Source: Oceanotoga teriensis
Lineage (GTDB): Bacteria; Thermotogota; Thermotogae; Petrotogales; Petrotogaceae
Length of the DNA: 64,000 nucleotides
Assembly: GCF_003148465.1 (NCBI RefSeq)
Contig: NZ_QGGI01000001.1
Location: 95,170 to 159,169, forward strand
Direction of reading: 5' to 3'
The notes under the pieces are model-generated. The model was not told where the DNA came from. It searched no databases and saw only the letters and a program-made list of their open reading frames with translations. A program made the translations under genes and the position numbers. Position 1 is the stretch's first letter. Each line of letters opens with the position of its first letter. Positions 29,463-39,806 of this stretch are shown piece by piece.

Positions 29463-29687
29463 ATGGCATTTAAAAGAAGAAAAAGAACAAAAAAATGTAA
29501 ATTATGCTCAATGAAAACAAAATATATAGATTATAAAGATTTAACATTATTATCTGATTATGTAAATGAAAAAGGTAAAATTATGCCTAAAAGAATAAAT
29601 GGAAACTGTTCAAAACATCAGAGAGTTTTGAGACAAGCAATACATAGAGCAAGACATGTAATGCTATTACCTTATACAAATGATTAA
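29463..29687 (+). CDS. rpsR: 30S ribosomal protein S18
   Basis: 74 aa; [60 protein letters not shown]. Confidence 0.9.
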   Translation: MAFKRRKRTKKCKLCSMKTKYIDYKDLTLLSDYVNEKGKIMPKRINGNCSKHQRVLRQAIHRARHVMLLPYTND

Positions 29688-29763
29688 TAATTAGGGAGGC
29701 TATTGAAGCCTCCCATTTGTTTTATATAAGGCATTATGGTAAAATATTATTGGAGGTGAAGAA

Positions 29764-30213
29764 ATGAAAGTTTTATTACTAGAAGACGTCAAAAAAATAG
29801 GTAAAAAAAATGAAATAAAAGAAGTATCAGACGGTTATGCAAGAAACTTTCTCATAAGAAAAGGTTTAGCAATAGAAGCAAATCAAGGAACTTTAAAACA
29901 TGTAAAAGATATGAAAAAACTTGAGGAAAAAAAGAAAGAAAACATCAGAAATAAAAGTGAAGAAATATTAGAAAATATATCATCTTATACATATGAAATA
30001 AAAGCCAATTCTGGTGAAAATGGCAAATTATTTGGTGCTGTCACATCATCTGATATAGCTAAAAGAATAAAAGAAATATCAAAAATAGATTTCAATAAAA
30101 TGTGGATAGATGAAAAAGTCAATATAAAAGAACTTGGTGTTTTTAGACTCAAAATAAAACTACCTCAAGGTGTTAAAGGTTCTATAGTAATAAAGGTCTT
30201 ACCAATAAAATAA
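29764..30213 (+). CDS. rplI: 50S ribosomal protein L9
   Basis: 149 aa; [36 protein letters not shown]. Confidence 0.85.
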   Translation: MKVLLLEDVKKIGKKNEIKEVSDGYARNFLIRKGLAIEANQGTLKHVKDMKKLEEKKKENIRNKSEEILENISSYTYEIKANSGENGKLFGAVTSSDIAKRIKEISKIDFNKMWIDEKVNIKELGVFRLKIKLPQGVKGSIVIKVLPIK

Positions 30214-30220
30214 ATATATC

Positions 30221-30247
30221 GGTGGTTTAATACCACCTTTTTTTTTA
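30221..30247 (+). terminator. Rho-independent terminator of the rpsF-ssb-rpsR-rplI operon
   Basis: GGTGGT-ttaat-ACCACC followed by a T10 run. Confidence 0.6.
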
Positions 30248-30260
30248 GAGGTGATATTTT

Positions 30261-31091
30261 TTGGAATTCATTATAAAATCAAAAGCATTATATACTACTT
30301 GGGTACTCTATAAACCAGATAGAATATTATTTGATGTTGGAGAAGGAATAAGCTCTTCACTTGGAAATAAAATATATGCAATAGAGAATATATTTTTAAC
30401 ACATTCTCATATAGATCATATATCTGGATTATGGGGATTCATAAATACAAGAAACAATGCTATGGGTTCGAGAGAAAAGCCTTTAAATATATATTATCCT
30501 GAAAACTCCGAACAAATAGTCAAGTATATAAGCTTTATAAAAAATATGAATAATAGATTAAGATATTCTTTAAATTTTATTCCAATAAATCTAAAATCTG
30601 TTATAGAAATATCAGAAACAAGATATATTAAACCATTTAAAACCCGTCATACTCCATCTGAATTAACTTTTGGATATCAAATCTTTGAAAAAAGAAAAAG
30701 ATTAAAAGACGAATATAAATATTTAGATCAAAATAGTATAATAGAATTGAGTAAAAAAATAGGGAAAGACAATATATCACAAAGATATGATGCAAATATT
30801 TTGACAATAAGCGGTGATTCTTTGCCAATACCTTTAGAATATGCTGAAAACTGTGAAATTTTATTACATGAATGTACCTTTTTTAAAGAAGAAGACCGTA
30901 AAATACGAAACCATACTTCATTAGAGGAATTAAAAATACTAATCAAAAATATAAATGCAAAAAAAATAATAATATACCATGTTTCAAGTAGATATAATTC
31001 AATAATAAAATCTACTGAAGAAAAATTAAAAAAAGAGTTTTCAGATAAAGAAATTTACATTGTTCATCCTGAAAGGAAATTAAAACTCTAA
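30261..31091 (+). CDS. MBL-fold metallo-hydrolase, ribonuclease Z-like
   Basis: 276 aa; ILFDVGEG...IFLTHSHIDHISGL (the HxHxDH motif) and a C-terminal LHECTF...IIYHVSSRY resembling the RNase Z/ElaC short form. Confidence 0.5.
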   Translation: MEFIIKSKALYTTWVLYKPDRILFDVGEGISSSLGNKIYAIENIFLTHSHIDHISGLWGFINTRNNAMGSREKPLNIYYPENSEQIVKYISFIKNMNNRLRYSLNFIPINLKSVIEISETRYIKPFKTRHTPSELTFGYQIFEKRKRLKDEYKYLDQNSIIELSKKIGKDNISQRYDANILTISGDSLPIPLEYAENCEILLHECTFFKEEDRKIRNHTSLEELKILIKNINAKKIIIYHVSSRYNSIIKSTEEKLKKEFSDKEIYIVHPERKLKL

Positions 31092-31104
31092 AGGGGGAAA
31101 TAAC

Positions 31105-31539
31105 ATGCAGTTATGGGCATTTTGGGTAATAATGGCAATAATATTCGCTGTTGCTGAAATGCTAACTCCAACATTCTTTTTTTTCTGGTTTGCAATTGGA
31201 GCAGTAGCAACTGCAATACTATCACTTTTCATAAGTTCAATGACATTAAACATTATAATATTCATAGTTATATCATTTATACTTTGGATATCTACAAGAA
31301 AAATTGTAAAAAGACTTTATAAAAATTCAGATCCTAAAAAAACCTATACAGATGATTTAATAGGTAAAGAAGCTAAAATCATTGATATAAGAGAAAATAA
31401 TAAGATAATAGTATCAATAAAGGGAGACAAATGGGTGGCTTTCATAGAAGATACTGAAAAAGTAAAAATAAATGACACAGTATTAATTGACAAAAGAGAA
31501 AGCAATTTTCTATACGTACATTTAAAAAGGGAGGAATAA
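31105..31539 (+). CDS. NfeD-like membrane protein (stomatin-operon partner, C-terminal OB-fold)
   Basis: 144 aa; 3 N-terminal TM helices, then a beta-rich C-terminal domain, immediately upstream of the SPFH gene. Confidence 0.6.
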   Translation: MQLWAFWVIMAIIFAVAEMLTPTFFFFWFAIGAVATAILSLFISSMTLNIIIFIVISFILWISTRKIVKRLYKNSDPKKTYTDDLIGKEAKIIDIRENNKIIVSIKGDKWVAFIEDTEKVKINDTVLIDKRESNFLYVHLKREE

Positions 31540-31541
31540 TT

Positions 31542-32459
31542 ATGATAATTGCATTGATAGTAGCCATATTTCTTATTATCATAGTATCAACAAGTTTAAA
31601 GATTGTAAGACCTTATGAAAAAGCTTTAGTAGAGAGACTTGGTAAATTTCATAGACAAGTTGAGTCTGGGTTAAATTTTATAGTTCCGTTCATAGAAAGA
31701 ATAACTAAAGTTGATATAAGAGAAATGGTCATAGATGTTCCACCTCAAGAAGTTATAACAAATGATAATGTTATAGTTACTGTAGATGCTGTAATATACT
31801 ATGAAATAACCGATGCTTATAGAGTTATATATAATGTCGGTGATTTTACATCTGCTGCTGTAAAACTTGCTCAAACTAATCTAAGAAATGTTATAGGTGA
31901 ACTTGAATTAGACCAAACATTAACTTCAAGAGAAAGAATAAATACCAAATTAAGGGAAGTTCTTGATGAAGCAACAGATAGATGGGGTGTTAAAGTAACA
32001 AGAGTAGAAATCAAAAAAATAGATCCACCTGATGATATAATGGATGCTATGAGCAGACAGATGAAAGCTGAAAGAATGAAAAGGGCTTCTATACTTGAAG
32101 CTGAAGGATATAAACAATCAGAAATAACAAAAGCTGAAGGTGATAAAACATCTGCTATTTTAAAAGCTGAAGGTCAATCTGAATCAATAAAAAGAGTTGC
32201 TGAAGCTGAAAAATTTAAATTAGTTGCTGAAGCTGAAGGTCAATCTCAAGCTATAATAAATGTTTTTAATGCTATTCATAAGGGAAATCCTTCAAAAGAT
32301 TTGATAACTATAAAATACTTAGATGCTTTGAAAGATATATCAAATGGAAAAGCTTCAAAAATATTTATGCCTTATGAAGTTTCTGGAATATTGGGTAGTA
32401 TATCAACTATGGTTGAAGCTGCTAAAACAAATCCAGAAAAAGAGGAGAATAATCAATAA
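31542..32459 (+). CDS. SPFH/band-7 domain protein (stomatin/flotillin-like)
   Basis: 305 aa; an N-terminal TM, an SPFH core (VDIREMVIDVPPQEVITNDNV.VTVDAV.YY.I), then AEG/AEAEGQS heptad-like repeats. Confidence 0.85.
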   Translation: MIIALIVAIFLIIIVSTSLKIVRPYEKALVERLGKFHRQVESGLNFIVPFIERITKVDIREMVIDVPPQEVITNDNVIVTVDAVIYYEITDAYRVIYNVGDFTSAAVKLAQTNLRNVIGELELDQTLTSRERINTKLREVLDEATDRWGVKVTRVEIKKIDPPDDIMDAMSRQMKAERMKRASILEAEGYKQSEITKAEGDKTSAILKAEGQSESIKRVAEAEKFKLVAEAEGQSQAIINVFNAIHKGNPSKDLITIKYLDALKDISNGKASKIFMPYEVSGILGSISTMVEAAKTNPEKEENNQ

Positions 32460-32461
32460 AA

Positions 32462-32977
32462 ATGATCCTTAATGCTTTTTTTATAAATTTAATAGCTTCA
32501 ATAATTTCTTATTTTATAATAAAATATTTAATTATAAAAAACTATAATTTGCCAAATGTCTTCGAATATTTCACAATGTACACTTTAACGGGCATGTTAT
32601 TAATATTATTTTATATAAAAAATATTTCAAATAATATAATGGCTGATATTTTTATATTTATAATATTTATATTTTATTATATAAGATCTTATGACGCTTC
32701 AAGAAAAAAGTTTCATGAAAGATTCCGATCAATGATTTTATCTTTTGGATATACAAGAAATAGCTACTTTGAAACTTTTCTATCAAAAAAATTAATTTTA
32801 AAAGGTACTGAATCTTTTTTTTACGGTACAGGGGTATTTTATATTTTAAATAAATTAATTAATATTTCTAATGATAATGTTAATATCATAAATATTTTAA
32901 TACCATCAATACTATTATTTATAGCCTCTATAGTAAAAACTACAAAAACAGGAAAAATATACAAATTTGTAAAATAG
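32462..32977 (+). CDS. Hypothetical membrane protein
   Basis: 171 aa, Ile/Phe-rich with several predicted TM helices; no recognisable family. Confidence 0.35.
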   Translation: MILNAFFINLIASIISYFIIKYLIIKNYNLPNVFEYFTMYTLTGMLLILFYIKNISNNIMADIFIFIIFIFYYIRSYDASRKKFHERFRSMILSFGYTRNSYFETFLSKKLILKGTESFFYGTGVFYILNKLINISNDNVNIINILIPSILLFIASIVKTTKTGKIYKFVK

Positions 32978-33042
32978 ACTAAATATATCCATGTTAAAAT
33001 ACCCTCAGAGGGTATATAAAACTAATTGGAGGTATCAATATA

Positions 33043-33707
33043 TGGCACAATTATTAGATGAAAAAACAAGAGAACAAGTTGCAGAAATTTTAAAAGATAT
33101 GACAAATAAAGTTAAGTTTATTCTTTTCAAAAATGACAGCGAATATTCAGAAGTTACAGAAAATTTGATAACAGAATTAACGGAAGTAAATGAAAAAATT
33201 CAAATTGAATCTCATTCTAAAGATGAAGACTTTGAAAAATATGGATTAGATAAAAATTTATTTCCATCAATGGTTTTACTCGATTCAGAAGATAAAGATT
33301 TAGGAATTAAATTTTATGGAATTCCTTCAGGTCATGAATTTTCAACCTTATTGCAAAATATAATAATGGTTTCAAATTCTAAAGTAAATTTTTCTGAAGA
33401 AACACAAAATAAAATTAAAACTATTGATAAAAAAATAAGAATAAGAGCATTTGTAACTCCAACATGTCCTTATTGTCCAAATGCAGTACTTGCAGCTCAT
33501 CAATCTGCTATTTTAAACTCAAACATATCTGGAGAAATGGTTGAGGCAAACGAATTCCCAGAATTGTCTTCAAAACATGGAGTAAGTTCAGTTCCACATA
33601 CAGTAATAGAAATATTTGAAAATGATGAATGGAAAACAAAAAACGAATTTATTGGAGCTTATCCAGAACAAAACTTCTTAGATGAAATTTTAAAATCAGT
33701 AGAATAA
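33043..33707 (+). CDS. Glutaredoxin-like protein disulfide oxidoreductase (two thioredoxin-fold units, CPYC active site)
   Basis: GGAGGT then ATG 33043 (MAQLLDEK); the track ORF starts at 32991. The second unit carries VTPTCPYCPNAV, typical of the PDO/Grx-like partners of TrxB in Thermotogae and Thermococcales. Confidence 0.6.
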
Positions 33708-33720
33708 TAAAAAATAATTA

Positions 33721-33746
33721 GGTGACCCATTTGGGTCACCTTTTTA
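33721..33746 (+). terminator. Rho-independent terminator between the PDO gene and trxB
   Basis: GGTGACCCA-tt-TGGGTCACC followed by TTTTT. Confidence 0.55.
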
Positions 33747-33770
33747 GAATCATTTAAAGGAGGATAAAAA

Positions 33771-34727
33771 ATGTTTTTTGATCTTGGAAATGCCGGTAAA
33801 AAAGATCTTATTAAAGATTATTATGATATGATAATAATAGGTGGAGGCCCTGGAGGTATATCTGCTGCAATATATGCTGTACAGGGAGGTATTAAACCTT
33901 TAATTATAGAAAAAACTCTTGAAGGTGGCCAGATGAATCTGACAGAACTTGTAGAAAATTATCCTGGTTTTACTTCAATAAAAGGTTCTGAAATTTCGAA
34001 AAAAATGGGCGAACATGCAAAACATTTTGGTGTTGAGTTTCACTTTGCACAAGTTATGGATATAAAATTGAATGAAAATGAAAAAATTATAATAACAGAT
34101 GATGGAAAAACAATAAAGACTAAAGTACTTGTAATTGCTTCTGGAGCAACTCCAAAACATTTAAATATTAAAGGTGAAGAAGAATTTAATTCTAAGGGAA
34201 TTTCATACTGTGCGACTTGTGATGGACATTTTTTTAAAAATCAAAAAGTTGCTGTTATTGGTGGAGGAAATACTGCAATTGAAGAAGCTTTATATTTATC
34301 AAAAATAGCTAAGGAAGTTCATGTAATTCATAGAAGAGATAAACTAAGAGCCGATAAAATGTTACAAGATAGAGCTTTTAATTCTTCTAATATAAAATTT
34401 AGATGGAATAAAGTGGTAAATGAATTTAAAGGTGATTTTAAACTCAAAGAATTAGAATTAAAAGATACTATAAATTCAGAATTGACTACAGAAAAATTCG
34501 ATGGAGCTTTTATATTTATAGGTCACAAACCAGAAACTTCATATTTAAAAGATATGCTAGAACTCGATGATGCTGGATATATAAAAACTGATAAAAACTT
34601 AGAAACATCTGTAAAAGGAATTTACGCTGTTGGAGATATAAGAGATACACCTTTAAAACAAATAGTTACTGCAGTTGCCGATGGAGCTATTGTTTCATCT
34701 CATGCTGTGAGGAAATACTTTAATTAA
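33771..34727 (+). CDS. trxB: Thioredoxin-disulfide reductase
   Basis: 318 aa; FAD site IIGGGPGGISAAIYA, the redox-active CATCDG, and an NAD(P) site VIGGGNTAIEEA. Confidence 0.85.
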   Translation: MFFDLGNAGKKDLIKDYYDMIIIGGGPGGISAAIYAVQGGIKPLIIEKTLEGGQMNLTELVENYPGFTSIKGSEISKKMGEHAKHFGVEFHFAQVMDIKLNENEKIIITDDGKTIKTKVLVIASGATPKHLNIKGEEEFNSKGISYCATCDGHFFKNQKVAVIGGGNTAIEEALYLSKIAKEVHVIHRRDKLRADKMLQDRAFNSSNIKFRWNKVVNEFKGDFKLKELELKDTINSELTTEKFDGAFIFIGHKPETSYLKDMLELDDAGYIKTDKNLETSVKGIYAVGDIRDTPLKQIVTAVADGAIVSSHAVRKYFN

Positions 34728-34736
34728 AACGATTAA

Positions 34737-34771
34737 ACGGGAATATATACATAAAATTCCCGTTTTTTTGT
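34737..34771 (+). terminator. Rho-independent terminator after trxB
   Basis: AACGGGAAT-atatacataaa-ATTCCCGTT followed by a T7 run. Confidence 0.6.
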
Positions 34772-34887
34772 TAATTCTTTGAAAATCAGTCTATTGTAAT
34801 AAAATGTTTCTATTTATGTAAAAACATTCTCCAAAATAAATAATACAATAGATATAATATAAAAATTTTCAGGAGGTGTTTTTACTG

Positions 34888-36345
34888 ATGAGAGAAGCTT
34901 TAACTTTTGATGATGTTTTACTCGTACCAAAATATTCAGAAGTTATACCTACACAAACTAATACTAAGAGTAGATTAGTAAAAAATATTTTTTTAAATGT
35001 TCCTTTTATATCTGCAGCTATGGATACCGTAACAGAAACAAGAATGGCAAAAGCAATGGCAAGAGAAGGCGGAGCTGGAGTAATTCATAAAAATATGAGT
35101 ATTGAAGAACAAGCTTACAAAGTTTCAAAAGTAAAAAGAGCTGAAAATGGAGTTATCACTGATCCAATAACAATTACTCCAGAAACTAAAATTTATGAAG
35201 CTGAAAAAATAATGGAAGAATATAAAATTGGTGGTCTTCCTGTAATCGATAAAAACGAAAAATTATTAGGAATAATAACAAATCGTGATATTAGATTTGA
35301 AAGAAATTCAGATAAACTCGCCAAAGAACTTATGACACCTTATAAAGATTTAGTTGTTGCTGGACCACATACAGAAATAGAAAAAGCTAAAGAAATTTTA
35401 CATGAAAATAAAATTGAAAAATTACCTATAGTTGATAAACACAATAGAATAATAGGATTAATAACAATAAAAGATGTTATGTCAGTAGTTGAAAAACCAA
35501 ATGCCTCAAGAGATACCAAAGGAAGACTCATAGTGGGTGCTGCTATTGGTACTGGTGATGGTATAGAAAGAGCAAAAAAATTGATAGAAGCTAATGTTGA
35601 TTTTTTAGTTTTAGATTCTGCTCATGGTCACTCAAAAAATATAATAAATATATTAAAAACTATAAAATCAGATTATCCTGAAATGCCTATAATTGCAGGT
35701 AATATTGCTACAGCACAGGCTGCAGAAGATCTAATAAAAGCTGGTGCTGATGGTGTAAAAGTTGGAATTGGACCAGGTTCTATATGTACAACAAGAATTG
35801 TTGCTGGTATAGGAGTACCACAATTAACTGCTATAATGGATGTATATTCAGTTACAAAAAAATATGATATTCCTTTAATCGCAGATGGCGGATTAAGATT
35901 TTCAGGAGATATTGTAAAAGCATTTGCGGCTGGTGCCTCAACTGTAATGATGGGTAGCATTCTTGCTGGAACAGATGAAGCACCTGGTGAAACTATAATA
36001 TATTCCGGAAGAAAATTTAAGACTTACAGAGGAATGGGTTCTATTGGTGCAATGGAAAAAGGTTCTAAAGATAGATATTTTCAAGATTCTGTAACTGATT
36101 CTGAAAAACTTGTTCCTGAAGGTGTTGAAGGTATGGTAGCTTATAAAGGTGGAGTTTCTGATGTAATTCATCAATTACTCGGTGGATTAAAAGCTGGTAT
36201 GGGATATTGTGGTGCTAAAAACTTTGAAATGCTTAGAAATAATTCTGAATTTATAAAAATTTCAAATGCTGCAATGTCTGAAAGTCATGCACATGACATA
36301 AAAATAACTAAAGAATCTCCAAATTATTATTTTTCTTCAAAATAA
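34888..36345 (+). CDS. guaB: Inosine-5'-monophosphate dehydrogenase (with CBS pair)
   Basis: GGAGGTG then ATG 34888 ([17 protein letters not shown]); the catalytic loop [11 protein letters not shown] and [12 protein letters not shown]. Confidence 0.9.
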   Translation: MREALTFDDVLLVPKYSEVIPTQTNTKSRLVKNIFLNVPFISAAMDTVTETRMAKAMAREGGAGVIHKNMSIEEQAYKVSKVKRAENGVITDPITITPETKIYEAEKIMEEYKIGGLPVIDKNEKLLGIITNRDIRFERNSDKLAKELMTPYKDLVVAGPHTEIEKAKEILHENKIEKLPIVDKHNRIIGLITIKDVMSVVEKPNASRDTKGRLIVGAAIGTGDGIERAKKLIEANVDFLVLDSAHGHSKNIINILKTIKSDYPEMPIIAGNIATAQAAEDLIKAGADGVKVGIGPGSICTTRIVAGIGVPQLTAIMDVYSVTKKYDIPLIADGGLRFSGDIVKAFAAGASTVMMGSILAGTDEAPGETIIYSGRKFKTYRGMGSIGAMEKGSKDRYFQDSVTDSEKLVPEGVEGMVAYKGGVSDVIHQLLGGLKAGMGYCGAKNFEMLRNNSEFIKISNAAMSESHAHDIKITKESPNYYFSSK

Positions 36346-36349
36346 ATTA

Positions 36350-36387
36350 AAAGTAGCTGAAAAATTTCAGCTACTTTTAATTTTTAT
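36350..36387 (+). terminator. Rho-independent terminator after guaB
   Basis: AAAGTAGCTGAAA-aa-TTTCAGCTACTTT followed by a T-rich tract. Confidence 0.6.
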
Positions 36388-36450
36388 ATGTTAAATTTAA
36401 TCATAAACCTCGATTTTATGTTACAAGAAATTTTGTTTTTTTAATTTTTG

Positions 36451-36479
36451 TTGAGTTTTGATTAAATTTAGTGTATAAT
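36451..36479 (+). promoter_or_regulatory. Near-consensus sigma-70 promoter
   Basis: TTGAGT, 17 nt, TATAAT (36474-36479), about 25 nt upstream of the RBS GAGAGGGGG and ATG 36503. Confidence 0.45.
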
Positions 36480-36502
36480 TATTTCAGAGAGGGGGCGATG
36501 CA

Positions 36503-36850
36503 ATGGATAACTTTACTAAAGAACTCAATGAATTAATAGAATTAAAGTATATAATTGACGCTTATGCTATGTATAAAAAAGGCAAAGGTAAAGTTCCAGT
36601 AGAAGAAATATATATAAATAATAAAATTAAAGAATCTTTAGATGATTTACTCATAAAAGATAAAGGTTTTATTGTAAAAAATACCGATGAAATTGAAGTA
36701 GATGCAATTCCTCCCGAAATAGACGCTGCAGATATATTAACAATAATAGAATCTTTAGAAGAGATGGGTTTTTTTACAGAATATGTATTTTCGAAAGATA
36801 TGTCTGAAATGTTTATAAAAGTTAAAAAAGTAAAAGATATAAATTATTAA
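36503..36850 (+). CDS. Hypothetical acidic protein
   Basis: 115 aa; has its own strong promoter and RBS; no family recognised. Confidence 0.4.
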   Translation: MDNFTKELNELIELKYIIDAYAMYKKGKGKVPVEEIYINNKIKESLDDLLIKDKGFIVKNTDEIEVDAIPPEIDAADILTIIESLEEMGFFTEYVFSKDMSEMFIKVKKVKDINY

Positions 36851-36861
36851 AGGGTGATAAA

Positions 36862-37131
36862 ATGATTAGCACTAAACTTATAGTATATGGCAGAGTCCAA
36901 GGCGTAGGTTTTAGATTTTATATAAAAACTCAAGCTAATAAATATAATATAAACGGATATATTAAAAATTTAATAGATGGATCTGTTGAAATAGTAGCTC
37001 AAGGTCAAGAGAGTGATTTAAATAGTTTTAAAGCTTCTATAATTAGAGGCAATGGTTTTTCAAGAGTTGAAAATATTGAAGAAGAACGGTTTAGTGAAAA
37101 AAATTTTTCACTATTTTCTGTAAAATATTGA
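36862..37131 (+). CDS. acyP: Acylphosphatase
   Basis: 89 aa; the VYGRVQGVGFRFY signature motif. Confidence 0.8.
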   Translation: MISTKLIVYGRVQGVGFRFYIKTQANKYNINGYIKNLIDGSVEIVAQGQESDLNSFKASIIRGNGFSRVENIEEERFSEKNFSLFSVKY

Positions 37132-37146
37132 AGAGAGGTAAATAAA

Positions 37147-37623
37147 ATGTCTTATTTAAAATATAGTTTAGGAGATATTGTAAAAGAAATAAAACTTCCA
37201 GATTCAAATGGTGTATTAACAGATGCATTGAATTCAAAAAATATAAAAATTATTTATTTTTATCCAAAAGATAATACTAAAGGTTGTACTACAGAAGCTT
37301 TAGATTTTACATCTAAAGTAAAGGATTTTAAAAAGTATAATACTGTAATATATGGTATAAGTCCAGATGAAGGAAAAAAACATTTTAATTTTATAGCAAA
37401 AAATAATTTAAAAATAACTTTATTAAGCGATACTGAAAAAAAAATACTCAATGAATTTGGAGTATGGCAAAAAAAGAAATTATATGGCAAAGAATATATG
37501 GGAGTTATAAGAACTACCATCCTAATAGACGAAAATAACAAAATAATAAAGATTTGGGAAAAAGTAAATGTTAAAAATCATGTGGAAGAAGTATTAAACT
37601 TTATAAAAGAAATGAAGCAATAG
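37147..37623 (+). CDS. bcp: Thiol peroxidase of the Bcp/PrxQ (AhpC/TSA) family
   Basis: 158 aa; the peroxidatic-Cys motif YFYPKDNTKGCTTEA. Confidence 0.8.
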   Translation: MSYLKYSLGDIVKEIKLPDSNGVLTDALNSKNIKIIYFYPKDNTKGCTTEALDFTSKVKDFKKYNTVIYGISPDEGKKHFNFIAKNNLKITLLSDTEKKILNEFGVWQKKKLYGKEYMGVIRTTILIDENNKIIKIWEKVNVKNHVEEVLNFIKEMKQ

Positions 37624-37646
37624 AAAAAATCTATTGCTTCATTTTT
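37614..37646. terminator. Terminator between convergent bcp and ferritin genes
   Basis: GAAGCAATAG-aaaaaat-CTATTGCTTC followed by TTTTT. Confidence 0.55.
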
Positions 37647-37648
37647 AT

Positions 37649-38161
37649 TTATTCTTCTGATGTTGCAGTTAAAGTTATTACTCCAAGTGATTCATCCATT
37701 CTCAATAATGCCATGACATTCTCATCAATTAATTCTAATCTATCAACTATTTCAGTTGCAGTTGCTTCTTCTTCAACTTGTTCAGCAACAAACCATTGTA
37801 AAAAATTATTAGTTGCATGATCGCTTAATTCAATTGCAAGATCTACCAATTTATTTATAGAATCTGTTATAAATTGTTCATGTGCCAAAGCATCTTTAAA
37901 AGCAGCTTGAACATTATCCCAGTCATGTTTTGGTTCTTCTATCGCTTTTAATAAAACTCTACCGCCTCTTTCATTTATAAAATCATAAATTTTTCTCGCA
38001 TGTATTTTTTCTTCAGATGCTTGTACATCCAACCAATTAGCAAAACCCTTTAAACTCTTGCTTTCAAAATAAGCTGCCATTGATTGATATAAGTAAGCAG
38101 AAAACAATTCTTTGTTAATCTGTTCATTCAATGCTTTTTCCATTTTTTCATTAATAGCCAT
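37649..38161 (-). CDS. ftn: Non-heme ferritin
   Basis: 170 aa; the ferritin-like four-helix bundle with ELFSAYLYQSMAAYFE and ASEEKIHARKIYDFI (ferroxidase-site residues). Confidence 0.85.
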   Translation of the reverse strand: MAINEKMEKALNEQINKELFSAYLYQSMAAYFESKSLKGFANWLDVQASEEKIHARKIYDFINERGGRVLLKAIEEPKHDWDNVQAAFKDALAHEQFITDSINKLVDLAIELSDHATNNFLQWFVAEQVEEEATATEIVDRLELIDENVMALLRMDESLGVITLTATSEE

Positions 38162-38216
38162 ATATAAATACCTCCTAAGATTAAAATTGTCTATAATAAA
38201 TTATAACATATTTAAA

Positions 38217-38666
38217 TTAAAGTTCCAGGACTCTCTTTAATTTATTTGGAGATAATCTAAAATCAGATCCTTTTCCCTGTAAAAAATGATGTTTTTCTAA
38301 AAGATGTACAGATAGATCTGTATAAATTATAGTCTCATTTAAATTATTATTAGTTAAAATAACATTAATTTTTCTAAAAATGCCATCCTCAAATGGACAA
38401 GCTAAAAAACCTCTTGCTTCATCAACTTTTATTTCCCAATTTAAATATTTAATAGGTTCTCCAAAACCTTTTCTTCCTTTTTCTAATAATTCTTTCATCA
38501 TCTCTGAAACTTTTTCAAATTCAAGATTTAATTTAAGCATTTTTTCTTCATCTTCTTCTATAATATCAACTAAAGATCTATCATCATCTCCTAAAAAACC
38601 ATTAGCAGTTATTTCACCTGGTTGCATGTTATGTTGTGCCTTCTTTAATTCAGGAGTCATTTTCAT
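38217..38666 (-). CDS. Hypothetical protein encoded 12 nt downstream of nqrF (possible operon member)
   Basis: 149 aa, acidic, no recognised family; same strand and tight spacing with nqrF. Confidence 0.4.
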   Translation of the reverse strand: MKMTPELKKAQHNMQPGEITANGFLGDDDRSLVDIIEEDEEKMLKLNLEFEKVSEMMKELLEKGRKGFGEPIKYLNWEIKVDEARGFLACPFEDGIFRKINVILTNNNLNETIIYTDLSVHLLEKHHFLQGKGSDFRLSPNKLKRVLEL

Positions 38667-38678
38667 TTTTATACCTCC

Positions 38679-39797
38679 TCAAGCAAATTTATCATAATAA
38701 ATTTTTTCTTCTGATATGTCATTAGATGTCATGACTTTAACACATGCATCTATCATACCAGGACTTCCACAAAGATAACCTTCTCTTTCATGTTCTGGAT
38801 TTAATTTAGTTTTTAAATATTTATCTAATACATCAGTTATAAGTCCTGTTTCTCCTTCCCAATTATCTTCGTCCATTGGATCTGAAAGTGCAGGAATAAA
38901 ATGAAGATTAGGCATCTTTTTAGACAATTCTTTAAATTCTTCAATATAATATAGATCTTTTAAACTTCTCGCCCCAAAAAAATACCAAATTTCTCTATCT
39001 AAAATTTCTTTTTCATACATATCATAAATAATTGATTTTATTGGAGCCATTCCCGAACCACCTGCAACACATACCATATCTGCTTTTGTTTCTCTCATAA
39101 AAAAATCTCCAAAAGGCCCTACAACTTCTACATCTTGATTTTCTTTCAAAAAATCATGTACATATGTAGTTGCTATTCCACCTGGAACAAGTCTAATCAA
39201 AAATTCAACATGTGAATTATCTTTTGGAGCTGAAGAAATAGAATATGCCCTTTGTGTGCTTTCTTTTATTTTTCCATATGGAGGAACAACAATTTGTGCA
39301 TATTGTCCTGCTTTAAATTCTATATTATCTGGATTTTTTAATTTAATATAGACTTCTTTAATATCATGAGTTACATTATTTATTTTTTCAACTTTAGCTT
39401 TATATTGTTTTACATAAAATAATTCTTCAGGTATTTCTATTGAAATATTAGATTTAACTTTAACTTGACAAGAAAGTCTAATTTTAGATTTTTTTTCCTC
39501 ATCTGTTAATAATGGAGCTTCTGTTGGTAAAATAGGACCAACATCCGATAATATTTTAACTTTACATGCACCACAACTTCCTTTTCCACCACAAGCTGAA
39601 GGTATAAATATACCTTGTTCTGCAAGTGTAAACAAAAGAGGAGATCCACCATCAACCTTAAGTTCTTTTGTTCCATTATTTATATTTATGTTTACTTCTC
39701 CATAATTATTGACTATAGAATCAACTATAGTAATAATCAAAGCAAGAACAGAAGTAAGAATTGCCACAATAATAGATGCTGATAATATTCCAGTCAT
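38679..39797 (-). CDS. nqrF: NqrF-like subunit: N-terminal TM + 2Fe-2S ferredoxin domain + FAD/NADH-binding reductase
   Basis: 372 aa; an N-terminal helix, the 2Fe-2S motif CGGKGSCGACKV...C, an FAD motif RAYSISS, and an NAD motif GGSGMAP. The domain order is identical to Na+-NQR subunit F. Confidence 0.8.
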   Translation of the reverse strand: MTGILSASIIVAILTSVLALIITIVDSIVNNYGEVNININNGTKELKVDGGSPLLFTLAEQGIFIPSACGGKGSCGACKVKILSDVGPILPTEAPLLTDEEKKSKIRLSCQVKVKSNISIEIPEELFYVKQYKAKVEKINNVTHDIKEVYIKLKNPDNIEFKAGQYAQIVVPPYGKIKESTQRAYSISSAPKDNSHVEFLIRLVPGGIATTYVHDFLKENQDVEVVGPFGDFFMRETKADMVCVAGGSGMAPIKSIIYDMYEKEILDREIWYFFGARSLKDLYYIEEFKELSKKMPNLHFIPALSDPMDEDNWEGETGLITDVLDKYLKTKLNPEHEREGYLCGSPGMIDACVKVMTSNDISEEKIYYDKFA

Positions 39798-39806
39798 ATA
39801 ATCACC

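Noticed and set aside
31900-32300. DNA-level tandem repeats GCTGAAGGT... inside the stomatin-like gene
   Set aside because: These encode the AEG/AEAEGQS coiled-coil repeats that are typical of flotillin/stomatin C-termini. They are a protein-level repeat, not a mobile or regulatory DNA repeat.
34772-34887. Possible purine riboswitch in the guaB 5' region
   Set aside because: The region is about 115 nt with only a weak hairpin. There is no three-way-junction with a conserved U-rich core, and it is too short and AT-rich for an aptamer.
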